Positions 1 through 9,514 of a stretch of 64,000 nt of DNA are shown here, piece after piece. The position numbers and the translations under genes are program-made. The first letter of the stretch is position 1, and each line of letters begins with the position of its first letter. The DNA is taken from the NCBI GenBank assembly GCA_963805855.1, contig CAWDVW010000002.1:128001-192000 (forward strand), in the 5' to 3' direction. Below the pieces are notes generated by a model that saw nothing but the letters and a program-made list of their open reading frames with translations, ran no database searches and had not been told where the DNA came from. Origin of the DNA: Candidatus Dadabacteria bacterium (GTDB lineage: Bacteria; Desulfobacterota_D; UBA1144; Nemesobacterales; CSP1-2).

Positions 1-638
1 CAGGAGATTGGACCGTAGTAGCTGAGACGCGAATCGTAGCCTTTCGATCGAGATTTGAGGTAGATCTGAACCGTCCGCGGGAAAAAGCAGTTTACATTCA
101 CCCGGAAGATGCATGGGGATTGAAAGTATGGAAGAGCAAGCCATCAGATGAATTTGTTCAACGTTCACTGAAAGAATATGATACCTTCTACGAAGAAATG
201 AAGAATCTATTTTCTGACCTGGTTAGCAAATTCGACCGCTTTATTGTATTTGACCTGCATACCTACAATCACAAACGCAATGGGCCAGAGGGACCGCTAT
301 CGAACCCTGAGGAAAATCCAGAGGTCAACATTGGTACGGGAACTATGGATCGAAATTTCTGGTCTCCAGTAGTGGATCGATTTATCTCTGATCTTAGGAC
401 CTTTGATTTTTTAGGGAGAAACCTCGACGTACGGGAGAATGTTAGGTTTCGCGGTGGAAATTTCCCGCGATGGATCCATGAAAACTTCCCAAAAAAGGGA
501 TGCGCCTTGGCAATCGAATTCAAAAAATTTTTCATGGATGAGTGGACAGGTATCCCTGACCGTATACAGCTAGCTGCAATTAGTGATGCCTTAAAATCGA
601 CAGTGCCGGGAATCTTTGAGGAGCTTGAGAAATTTTGA
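1..638 (+). CDS. N-formylglutamate amidohydrolase family protein (5'-truncated by window edge)
   Basis: Frame is open from nt 3 (GDWTVVAETRIVAFRSRFEVDLNRP...). SRFEVDLNR, DLHTYN, ENVRFRGG and LAIEFKK motifs are typical of the family. Confidence 0.85.
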   Translation, partial: GDWTVVAETRIVAFRSRFEVDLNRPREKAVYIHPEDAWGLKVWKSKPSDEFVQRSLKEYDTFYEEMKNLFSDLVSKFDRFIVFDLHTYNHKRNGPEGPLSNPEENPEVNIGTGTMDRNFWSPVVDRFISDLRTFDFLGRNLDVRENVRFRGGNFPRWIHENFPKKGCALAIEFKKFFMDEWTGIPDRIQLAAISDALKSTVPGIFEELEKF

Positions 639-2566
639 CCGGTCTAATAGCACCCAAGACAAACATAATTACCGATCATTTTATTAACTCGATATGCGAA
701 CGGTTGGCGAACAACAAGCCTGTTCGTCGTAAACTACCTCTCAATGGTCGTATTCACATTGACAGGCAGCTTCCTTTCTTATGTGTCTATCGAATCCCAC
801 CTGCTTGGACTGACAAAGGAACAAGACGTCTCGTATTGGGAGAAGCTTCATACTTGATCGCCAGCGGGGATCGTCAATTTTATCCAAGCTTAACAAAACT
901 TCTGTCAAAAGTGGCACGAACGCTCTTCTCTGAGTTTGGAGCGTTTCTTATAATTGAGATATGGTCCTCAAAACATAGCTCAAATGACACCGACTCCGAG
1001 CTGGCAAGGTTAAAACCGGGTTTTAGGATATTTACAAGCGAACTCAAGTTGGGAACCCTAATGTCCACCATTGAAAGCCTGGAGGCTGGCCTCAGAAAAG
1101 TTCGAATACTCAAACAGCCAGCAACAGTTGATGTGATTGACAAAAGAAGTGAGCGCCCTCCAAGTCTTTATCCTATCTTAAGCAAACTGGAAGCCAGCGA
1201 GATTGGATGCAAAATAATTGGAATTGAGGTCAAGCCATTTTATAGAAGTATGAAAACGGGTGAGACTTATCCCTTAGTACTTCAAACTCTCCATCACGGC
1301 CTGGCAAGGGCCTTGAAACAGGCATTCTTTGATTTCACAAGAACCAACACCACACGTCGTCCTAGACACTACCATGCTATGGGTCGTACAGCAGTAGTAA
1401 AATCAGTGAGAGACGTAGACCATCAATTAGCCGGTATTAGCAATTCTTTTGACTTCTTGCTTCAGGTTACTCCTATAAATTCTGAACAAGCATGGTCTGT
1501 TTTTAGAAGGAAGAAATATGAGCGGGAGCCGACATTTTATTACAGAGCTCGGCCCTTTGACCCCGATATATTGAAACGAAAACTTTATTCTATTCTTATC
1601 GAGAGAGTCGAGGACCCCACTCTTGCACAACTCTTCAAAGATAAAAGAGCTGAACTTGACAGACAAATTTCAATGATTACGGACCGTGCGACAAAACGAT
1701 TTCTCTTTGGTAGTATGCAACTTTATGGCGGTGTAGACGACCAACTTTCGAAATTCGCAAACATCATCCTAAATCGCATACCACCAAGAAGCCGCGAAAA
1801 ATCGTCAGGGAGAATTTTAGATGCGGAGGAATTTGCAAGATACGCTTCTATTGAAATCGAATACTACCGTCGAATTTACCCGGAATTTGCTGCCAAGGTA
1901 CAGATCAGAGATGATATATCCCCTGGACTTATGGTCTCTCGGGGTCACTTGCTCGTCGGCAGTAAAACCGGTATCCCTCCGGCTCGAGTTGAGGCCCTAA
2001 TACAGCATGAGATTGGTACCCATCTTCTAACATACTACAATGGCAAGGCCCAGCCATTCCACCAGCTCTATACTGGCTTACCTGGCTATGAGGAACTCCA
2101 AGAAGGTCTTGCGGTAATCTCAGAGTATCTCGTAGGGGGATTGAGCAAGCCGCGTCTAAGAATCCTTGCGGGTCGAGTGATAGCGGTGGGGTGTTTAGTA
2201 GAAGGTGCAACGTTTGTTGATACCTTTAAAAAGCTTTACATCGACTATGGTTTTGAGCAACGAACCGCTTTTATCATTACCTTAAGGGTTTACAGGGGTG
2301 GAGGCTTAACTAAAGATGCGATATATCTCAGGGGCCTTAAAAACCTGCTGGATTACCTGAAACTCGGCGGCGAGCTAGAGCCCCTGTTTGTCGGCAAGGT
2401 TTCGGCAAATCATCTCCCCATTATCGAAGAGCTTCAATATCGTAAGGTGCTTAAATCTGCTCCACTGAGACCCCGATATTTAACTGATCCAAAGGCAAGT
2501 GAACGGCTTGAGCGTTTACGAGGCGGCCTTTCACTGCTAGATCTTATTGAAAGGAGGAAAACATAA
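635..2566 (+). CDS. QEGLA-motif / DUF1704 zincin-like metallopeptidase (MATCAP-like) with long N-terminal extension
   Basis: HEIGTH (HExxxH), EELQEGLA and RVYRGGGLTKDAIYLRG motifs. TTG start overlaps the upstream TGA. Confidence 0.85.
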   Translation: MTGLIAPKTNIITDHFINSICERLANNKPVRRKLPLNGRIHIDRQLPFLCVYRIPPAWTDKGTRRLVLGEASYLIASGDRQFYPSLTKLLSKVARTLFSEFGAFLIIEIWSSKHSSNDTDSELARLKPGFRIFTSELKLGTLMSTIESLEAGLRKVRILKQPATVDVIDKRSERPPSLYPILSKLEASEIGCKIIGIEVKPFYRSMKTGETYPLVLQTLHHGLARALKQAFFDFTRTNTTRRPRHYHAMGRTAVVKSVRDVDHQLAGISNSFDFLLQVTPINSEQAWSVFRRKKYEREPTFYYRARPFDPDILKRKLYSILIERVEDPTLAQLFKDKRAELDRQISMITDRATKRFLFGSMQLYGGVDDQLSKFANIILNRIPPRSREKSSGRILDAEEFARYASIEIEYYRRIYPEFAAKVQIRDDISPGLMVSRGHLLVGSKTGIPPARVEALIQHEIGTHLLTYYNGKAQPFHQLYTGLPGYEELQEGLAVISEYLVGGLSKPRLRILAGRVIAVGCLVEGATFVDTFKKLYIDYGFEQRTAFIITLRVYRGGGLTKDAIYLRGLKNLLDYLKLGGELEPLFVGKVSANHLPIIEELQYRKVLKSAPLRPRYLTDPKASERLERLRGGLSLLDLIERRKT

Positions 2567-3612
2567 TGAGAATCGGATTTGTCGTTAATGACATAATGAC
2601 TGAAGAGGCTGGATATACCACAACGCGGTTGGCAATAGCAGCCAAAAACCGCGGTCATGAAGCCTGGGTGATGGGTGTTGCCGATTTAGCCTACGATCCC
2701 GACGAGAAAATCCACGCCAGAGCCAGATCGGCTCCAAAGCAAAATTACAAATCCAGGGAGATTTACTTATCTGAACTTCAGGGCAAAAAGGCAAAGTCTG
2801 AGCGAATAACAGTAGACGATCTGGATGTTCTGATGCTTCGGAACGATCCGTCGTCTGACGCCATTTCTCGCGCCTGGGCGCAAAACGCTGGAATCATATT
2901 CGGAAGGGTTGCCATGAGGCATGGTGTAATAGTTCTAAACGATCCTAACGGCTTGTCAAAGGCAATGAACAAGATGTATTTTCAACTATTTCCTGCCGAG
3001 GTAAGGCCACAAACATTGATTACTAGAGATGGGGACGAGATCAAGAAATTTGTCAAAGATCTCGGCGGTTCCGCTGTTCTTAAACCCTTACAGGGCTCTG
3101 GTGGTGCAGGAGTTTTTCTGGTTAGACCCGAAGATCGCCCAAACCTAAATCAAATGATCGAGTCACTTAATCGAGACGGATATGTAATCGCACAGGAATA
3201 TCTACCCGCAGCAATAGAAGGCGACATCCGTCTCTTTGTGATGAACGGCCGCCCACTTCGTTATAAGGGTAAATACGCTGCATTCAGACGCGTACGAACC
3301 GGCGACGATATGAGGAGCAATATTCATGCTGGAGGAAGGAAGCGAGAAGCAGAGGTAACCAAAACACATCTTAAATTGGCGGAAATGGTTCGGCCTAAAC
3401 TTGTTCAGGATGGGATGTTTTTGGTCGGCCTGGACATAGTAGGTGATAAGTTGATGGAAATAAACGTATTCAGTCCGGGCGGGCTAGGCAGTGCCCAGAC
3501 CTTTGAAAGGGTGAATTTCAATAACGCCGTGATCGAGGCCTTAGAGCGAAAGGTAGACTATATGAAATTCTATCGTCGCAATTTCGACAATGTTGAGATG
3601 GCAACCCTTTGA
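2566..3612 (+). CDS. Glutathione synthetase (GshB)-like ATP-grasp ligase
   Basis: VLMLRNDP, NKMY, VLKPLQGSGGAGV, QEYLP, GDIR, RSNIHAGG, VGLDIVG and EINVFSPGG motifs. TAATG stop/start overlap with the upstream gene. Confidence 0.85.
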   Translation: MRIGFVVNDIMTEEAGYTTTRLAIAAKNRGHEAWVMGVADLAYDPDEKIHARARSAPKQNYKSREIYLSELQGKKAKSERITVDDLDVLMLRNDPSSDAISRAWAQNAGIIFGRVAMRHGVIVLNDPNGLSKAMNKMYFQLFPAEVRPQTLITRDGDEIKKFVKDLGGSAVLKPLQGSGGAGVFLVRPEDRPNLNQMIESLNRDGYVIAQEYLPAAIEGDIRLFVMNGRPLRYKGKYAAFRRVRTGDDMRSNIHAGGRKREAEVTKTHLKLAEMVRPKLVQDGMFLVGLDIVGDKLMEINVFSPGGLGSAQTFERVNFNNAVIEALERKVDYMKFYRRNFDNVEMATL

Positions 3613-3635
3613 ATGCAAATTCAAAATCTCTTTAC

Positions 3636-5138
3636 TCAATACATCGAAGGCGAATTGTCGGATTCCGAGATTTTATTGTTAATCTTCTCGACAAGAAAGA
3701 CAGATCCGGACCGAGGGGATAGCGTAAGTCCGTGCATAAAGCCGCCATGAACGCTAACTGTAGAATTATCCCAAATTTTACGAAGTATAGCTCCTTCGGG
3801 GAGAAGGTCATCTATTTGCATCTTGGGGGCACGCGTTACCTTCGCAACATTAAGAGCCACGATTAAAGTCTCATCCTCAAATCGCCGAGAAAAGGCGTAA
3901 ACATCTTCTTTTGCGTAAAGCTTTTCGAAATCACCACGGCGAAGTGAAGGATATGTAATCCTTAGTGATATACAACGCTTAAAATAATCCAATAAATTAT
4001 CGTTCCATTTAGCCTTGTCCCATGGAAATGATCTACGACAGTCGGGATCACGGCCGCCCTCCATCCCGATTTCATCACCGTAATAAACGCAAGGAACCCC
4101 AGGGAAGGTCATTAAGAACAGGACCGCCAGACGCAATGCAGAATCATCCCCCCTGGCAAGTGTCAGGAACCGAGCTGTGTCGTGAGAACTCAGCAGGTTA
4201 AGCAGCGAAAGGTTAACTTCATGGTCATATAGATTCAGTAGGCGATCAATTGTTTCTGAAAAGCGCTCAGAGTCAAGGTGCGGTACAGGTGCATAGCCCA
4301 TACCCCTTACAAGAGTCTCATCAACTTCTTTATCAATAAAAAAGCCGACGCATGCCCGGTTTAAAAGGTAGTTCATCACCCCATCGAACTTGTCACCCTC
4401 AAGCCACCCTTTTGCTGCATGCCATATCTCGCCCACCAGGTAAGCATCGGGATTTAAAGACTTAACCGTTCTCCTGAATTCCTGCCAAAACGAGGGGTGG
4501 TCAATCTCCTCAGGAACATCGAGCCTCCATCCGTCGATACCAAAACCAATCCAGTACCGGGCGACACTGCATAAAAATTCTCTAACCACGGGATTCTTGA
4601 CATTAAATTTCGGCAGGGCATGTAGCCCCCACCAGGCTGCATAGTTTGGTTCTTGATTTTCGTTGTAAGCATCCACGGGAAACTTCTTTATAATAAACCA
4701 GTCGATGTATGGCGAACTGGGGCCATTCTCAAGAATATGGTGAAATTTGTAAAATCCTCTACTGGCGTGATTAAAGACTCCATCTAAGATTATTCTGATC
4801 CCGCGTCCATGAGCCTCGTCAAGCAGGAAACGAAGCGATGCATTGCCGCCAAGAAGTGGGTCTACGTTGAAATAATCATACGTATGATAACGATGATTTG
4901 CAGCAGACTTGAAAACAGGGTTCAAAAAGATTGCATTGATTCCCAAATCCTGCAAGTAATCCAGTTTTTCAAGAACACCCAGGAGATCGCCCCCTTTGAA
5001 ACCGCGTCTTGTTGGTTTCGAATCCCATGATTCGAGGTTGGACGGTTTTAGAAGTTTTGAACTCTTTCGAAAGCGATCAGGAAATATCTGATAAAAAACG
5101 GCGTCCTTCACCCAATCCGGGGTATGGAATTTGGTCAT
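3636..5138 (-). CDS. GH13 alpha-amylase family (cyclomaltodextrinase/neopullulanase-like)
   Basis: PDWVKDAVFYQIFPDRF, DGVFNH, DGWRLDVP, GEIW, SSHD and DPDCRR motifs. Confidence 0.9.
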   Translation of the reverse strand: MTKFHTPDWVKDAVFYQIFPDRFRKSSKLLKPSNLESWDSKPTRRGFKGGDLLGVLEKLDYLQDLGINAIFLNPVFKSAANHRYHTYDYFNVDPLLGGNASLRFLLDEAHGRGIRIILDGVFNHASRGFYKFHHILENGPSSPYIDWFIIKKFPVDAYNENQEPNYAAWWGLHALPKFNVKNPVVREFLCSVARYWIGFGIDGWRLDVPEEIDHPSFWQEFRRTVKSLNPDAYLVGEIWHAAKGWLEGDKFDGVMNYLLNRACVGFFIDKEVDETLVRGMGYAPVPHLDSERFSETIDRLLNLYDHEVNLSLLNLLSSHDTARFLTLARGDDSALRLAVLFLMTFPGVPCVYYGDEIGMEGGRDPDCRRSFPWDKAKWNDNLLDYFKRCISLRITYPSLRRGDFEKLYAKEDVYAFSRRFEDETLIVALNVAKVTRAPKMQIDDLLPEGAILRKIWDNSTVSVHGGFMHGLTLSPRSGSVFLVEKINNKISESDNSPSMY

Positions 5139-5175
5139 GTAAGATGAGACTCGTTAATTGTGCGATTCATTTCAA

Positions 5176-6675
5176 CTAAGCCCTTCCGTATGTTTCTGTA
5201 ATCTCCCTAAGCTTGTCAGAAAGTAAAGAAGTTATCTGTCTCGGGTCAAGCCGCCATTGCCAGTTTCCATCGGAAGTTGCCGGTAAATTCATCTTTGATT
5301 CCTCGCCGAGGCCGAGTATATCCTGCATCGGTATAATCACGGTATTCGCCACTGACCCCATAGCAAGTCTTATTAGTTCCCAGTGTACATTCTCTTCTTC
5401 CACCTCTCTTCCAACGTAGCTAAAGAGCCTTTTTTTATCCTTCAGATTTGCTTCAGACCTGAACCATCCTTTTGCGGTATTATTATCATGAGTCCCCGTA
5501 TACACAACGCAGTTCCTGGAGTAATTATGTGGCAGATATGCGCCATTTGGGAAATCGTCTCCGAAGGCGAATATAAGTAATTTCATGCCAGGAAGATCAA
5601 AGCGATTCATAACCTCCCTCACATCTGGCGTTATGATGCCAAGATCCTCGGCAATCACAGGAAGATTTGGGAACCTCTTTAATAATGCTTTGATGAAATC
5701 TTCCGCCTGGACATCAACCCATCTCCCATTGACCGCTGTTTCCTCTCCAGCGGGCACCTCCCAATATGAAACAAGACCCCTGAAATGATCGAGTCGAATT
5801 ATATCAGTCAACTTAAGGTTGTGTCCCAATCGCTTTATCCACCATGAATATCTGGTTTCTCGTAGGTATTCCCAATCATACACCGGGTTACCCCATAGTT
5901 GCCCGGTCTCACTGAAATAATCAGGGGGGACTCCTGCAACAAATTTGGGGCGCATTTGCTCATCTAACTTAAACACCTCCGGGTTAGTCCAGACATCCGA
6001 GCTATCAAAGGTAACATAAATTGGCAAGTCCCCTACTATATTAATTTTTCTAACATTGCAGTATTCTTTAAGAGAGGACCACTGATCAAAAAATAGATAT
6101 TGATAAAACTTCGCCATGCTTATTCTATCCTCTAATCTCCCCCTATAATCTCTTAAGGACGCCTCAGCCCTATCCCTTATCTCTTCTGGCCACCCTGTCC
6201 ATGCTACATTGTTAAAACATTCCTTCAGTGATACGAACAAAGCATAATCCTCAAGCCAATACGAATTGACATTACAAAACCTCTCAAACTCGGAATCTGT
6301 TGACAACCTGTTTTTGTTTTTTTCAAAGGCGATTCGAAGAATGCCTTCTTTATAGTTTGCAACATTTTCATAATCAACCCTTCCCCCATTGAAGGAATAT
6401 TTAGGATTAAGATCCGACTCAGATATAAAACCCCTTTTTATGAGAAGCTCAGGGCTAATGAGCAAAGGGTTTCCAGCAAAAGCAGACGGGCTGTTATAGG
6501 GTGAGTTACCCAATATAGAACTCGTTGGGTTCAAAGGGAGAATTTGCCAGTAACTCTGCTTCGTTTCAACCAAGAAATCTATGAATTTATATGCTCCAGG
6601 TCCCAGGTCTCCGATACCGAAAGGAGACGGTAAAGAAGTGATATGGAGTAGGATACCGCTGCCTCTGCATTTCAT
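5176..6675 (-). CDS. malQ: 4-alpha-glucanotransferase (amylomaltase, GH77)
   Basis: SGILLHITSLP, GVPPDYFSETGQLWGNP, RLDHFRG, AEDLG and YTGTHDN motifs. Confidence 0.95.
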   Translation of the reverse strand: MKCRGSGILLHITSLPSPFGIGDLGPGAYKFIDFLVETKQSYWQILPLNPTSSILGNSPYNSPSAFAGNPLLISPELLIKRGFISESDLNPKYSFNGGRVDYENVANYKEGILRIAFEKNKNRLSTDSEFERFCNVNSYWLEDYALFVSLKECFNNVAWTGWPEEIRDRAEASLRDYRGRLEDRISMAKFYQYLFFDQWSSLKEYCNVRKINIVGDLPIYVTFDSSDVWTNPEVFKLDEQMRPKFVAGVPPDYFSETGQLWGNPVYDWEYLRETRYSWWIKRLGHNLKLTDIIRLDHFRGLVSYWEVPAGEETAVNGRWVDVQAEDFIKALLKRFPNLPVIAEDLGIITPDVREVMNRFDLPGMKLLIFAFGDDFPNGAYLPHNYSRNCVVYTGTHDNNTAKGWFRSEANLKDKKRLFSYVGREVEEENVHWELIRLAMGSVANTVIIPMQDILGLGEESKMNLPATSDGNWQWRLDPRQITSLLSDKLREITETYGRA

Positions 6676-9482
6676 AAATCACCTATGCCTTCACTCAAAA
6701 GTAAAGAAACCGGAAAATGCTCCAAGATGTTTCCGACTCGTAGAATTGATACGCCCTTTATGAGTTTATCGCTAAGAGCGTCTTTCCAGAAATCGGGGGA
6801 TTCTTTCGGGAGTAAAATATGAGTATCTTCCCATACCCTTTCACCGACTGGAAATTCATCCTCGTTGACCAAGCTAACCAACAACCTGGGCACCACGGTT
6901 ATTGACCAGATTTTCCCCTTTCTCCTCGCAAAGGACACCACATGGTCTTTGAATTTACCCCTTACCACTAATGGCATGTAGTCGCTTTCTTGGAAAAAAT
7001 CTTTTCTGTCATTTCTTGCCTTGAGTGATTTGTGAATAAGAAATAGCTTTATTCTTCCATCTTCCCTTTTGGAGATCAGTTCATCAATTAATTCAGCATG
7101 GTCTTCTTTATCCTTATATATGATTTCATTTAGATTTCTATACCTCTGGGAAAAATCCACAGGTCGTCGATTATCTGGGTCGACAAGGCTCAGATCCCAG
7201 AGCTCCGTTCCCTGATAGAAGTCCGGCACCCCGGGCGAGCTTATCTTCAGAAGTGTTTGTGAAAGAGAATTAAATACTCCATAGTGAGCAACCTTTCTTT
7301 GAAAAGGTAGGAATATATCCATAAACTGATTTTCCGGAGATAAGTCCAATATCGCATCTATGAATGAAAGAAACGAATCCTCGTAAGCGCTATCAGGTTT
7401 TAGCCATTCAGTGTGAACCTTAGCCTCTCTGATAGCCTTTATTATGTATTCCTTAATCCGGTCTACAAAGCTCGGGAACTCATTTTCATCGAAGGGGTAT
7501 GCTCCTAGTAAAGTCTGGTACAAAAAATATTCATCATTATGGTCTGGGAACACCCTGCCATTTGTAATCCTTTTTTTAATTCGATTAATTCTTGAACTTG
7601 TTTTAATAAATCTCTCCCATTCCTTGGGAATTTCTGAGAGCACATTAATTCTTGCCCTTACATCCTCCCCTCTTTTCGTGTCATGGGTTGAAGTAGCATT
7701 CATCGAATCTGGCCACAGGTCTACTCGCTCCTTGTTGAAATCGTTAAATTCCCTAACGGTTATTCCGAACCTATCGGGGCTCCCTCCGACCTCATTAAGC
7801 GACAAGAGTCTCGTGTAGACATAAAGAGTAGTATCCTCAAAACCCTTTGCCATCAGAGGCCCGGTAAATTGTTGAAATCTCATGATGAAGTCCATGTATT
7901 TCTTTTTTTCTTCAGGATTCATCTCGCCTTCAAATCTTAAAAGAAGAAAGCCTTCTATAAAATCCAATTCGATGAGAAGACCCGGACTTGTGTGCTTTGC
8001 GCCCTCTATTGCCATACTAATGTAAATTTGATCCCTCTCTCTCATAATTTCATTACTTATGTATGTGCGATATACCGGAAATAAAGCCATTACCTCAACT
8101 AACGCTCTCTTAAGACCATAAAGAGTTATGTCACTTCCTTTAATATCCTTGCTTGATATTACCTTTAAGATATGAGCAAGGTTATCAATATCACCTGCCA
8201 TATGTTTTCCTATGATCAACCTTTTCTTCTCAGCAACGAGTTCATAATAGGGTATCGTAAAGTTTGTGAAAGTTTTATATATCTTGTCGAAAATCTTTTC
8301 ATTCTTTTTATTACAAAAAAGACCGTTAACATAGCTCAAAAAATCATAACCGGTTGTTCCTTGCACAGGCCAGAACTCAGGAAGATCTTCATTAAAATCC
8401 AGGATTTTCTCGACAACCATATACAATTCGTTATCCTTTGCCTTTATTCGATTCAGATACATGGTTGGATCATAGAGTCCGTCAATGTGGTCAATGCGCA
8501 GCCCATCGATCTTCCCTTCCTCAATCAGATTAAAGATAAAAAAATGGGTTTGATTAAAAACTTCTTCGTCCTCCACCCTCAAGGTGATGAGCTTATTTAT
8601 ATTGAAGAACCTTCTATAATTAATCTCTTCAGTCGCAACCTTCCAGAATGATAGTCTGAAGTACTGTTCGGAAAGGAGATTATGTAATAGATTAAAACCC
8701 TTACTCTCTCCCCATCCTCGGTTAAATATATCTATATTCTCATCTAAAAAATTCTTTATAGTATTGTTTTTTGTGTATAACTCCCGCAGCAACCTTTTTA
8801 TAAAATTTATCTGCGCATGATTATCATCAGGTCTGGCTTCAGAAGATGAAAGACTGCGCAGGACATAAAGGACCCCAAGATACTTTATGTAATCAGGATG
8901 TTCCTCACCGAGACGTTCCTGTAACGTTCTTAACCTATATGTTAAGACATTGATGTATGTTTCTATCTTTAAAGGAAACTTCAATTCGTAATAATTTATC
9001 GTCAAACCATTGCTTCCATATCCTAGTGTAATCTCACCTTCCTCAAGAGACTGTGCATACGTCTTCCCTAGAAACGGCGCTAGCAGCCGCTCCTTTAAGC
9101 TTTCATAGGGATGATGCCAATCGATGTCAAAAAAATTAAAATATCGTGATCTTTCGCCCCTCTCCAAGATATCCATAAGCATATGATTTTCAGAGACGTA
9201 AGCCATGTGGTTGGGTACAATGTCCTGAATCCACCCGATGCCAAAGCCCTTTAAATCCGTTATTAGATCTTCGAAATCCTGAACCGAGCCTAATTCCTGA
9301 TTTAACTCATCAGGATCAACGACATCATAGCCGTGTGTACTCCCTTTTGCTGCCTTAAATATTGGGGATGCATACAAAGTGGAAATTCCAAGCTTTGAAA
9401 GATATTGCACTATCTCACGGGCTTCTTTGAATCCAAATGAAGGAGTAAACTGAATCCTGTATGTGGCGGTAGGTATATACAT
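6672..9482 (-). CDS. treY: Malto-oligosyltrehalose synthase
   Basis: PTATYRIQF, GSTHGYDV, DIVPNHM, INYRRFF, GLRIDHIDGL, STHDTKRGED and SLVDPDNRRPVDF motifs. Start placed at the ATG of MYIPT (the ORF track extends to GTG at 9527). Confidence 0.95.
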   Translation of the reverse strand: MYIPTATYRIQFTPSFGFKEAREIVQYLSKLGISTLYASPIFKAAKGSTHGYDVVDPDELNQELGSVQDFEDLITDLKGFGIGWIQDIVPNHMAYVSENHMLMDILERGERSRYFNFFDIDWHHPYESLKERLLAPFLGKTYAQSLEEGEITLGYGSNGLTINYYELKFPLKIETYINVLTYRLRTLQERLGEEHPDYIKYLGVLYVLRSLSSSEARPDDNHAQINFIKRLLRELYTKNNTIKNFLDENIDIFNRGWGESKGFNLLHNLLSEQYFRLSFWKVATEEINYRRFFNINKLITLRVEDEEVFNQTHFFIFNLIEEGKIDGLRIDHIDGLYDPTMYLNRIKAKDNELYMVVEKILDFNEDLPEFWPVQGTTGYDFLSYVNGLFCNKKNEKIFDKIYKTFTNFTIPYYELVAEKKRLIIGKHMAGDIDNLAHILKVISSKDIKGSDITLYGLKRALVEVMALFPVYRTYISNEIMRERDQIYISMAIEGAKHTSPGLLIELDFIEGFLLLRFEGEMNPEEKKKYMDFIMRFQQFTGPLMAKGFEDTTLYVYTRLLSLNEVGGSPDRFGITVREFNDFNKERVDLWPDSMNATSTHDTKRGEDVRARINVLSEIPKEWERFIKTSSRINRIKKRITNGRVFPDHNDEYFLYQTLLGAYPFDENEFPSFVDRIKEYIIKAIREAKVHTEWLKPDSAYEDSFLSFIDAILDLSPENQFMDIFLPFQRKVAHYGVFNSLSQTLLKISSPGVPDFYQGTELWDLSLVDPDNRRPVDFSQRYRNLNEIIYKDKEDHAELIDELISKREDGRIKLFLIHKSLKARNDRKDFFQESDYMPLVVRGKFKDHVVSFARRKGKIWSITVVPRLLVSLVNEDEFPVGERVWEDTHILLPKESPDFWKDALSDKLIKGVSILRVGNILEHFPVSLLLSEGIGDL

Positions 9483-9514
9483 ATCATAAAGGTTACCATA
9501 TACGCTCGGCTGGC

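Noticed and set aside
2566-3612. Calling the ATP-grasp gene gshB
   Set aside because: Motifs diverge from canonical GshB, there is no gshA nearby and the context is peptidase-linked, so the symbol is withheld.
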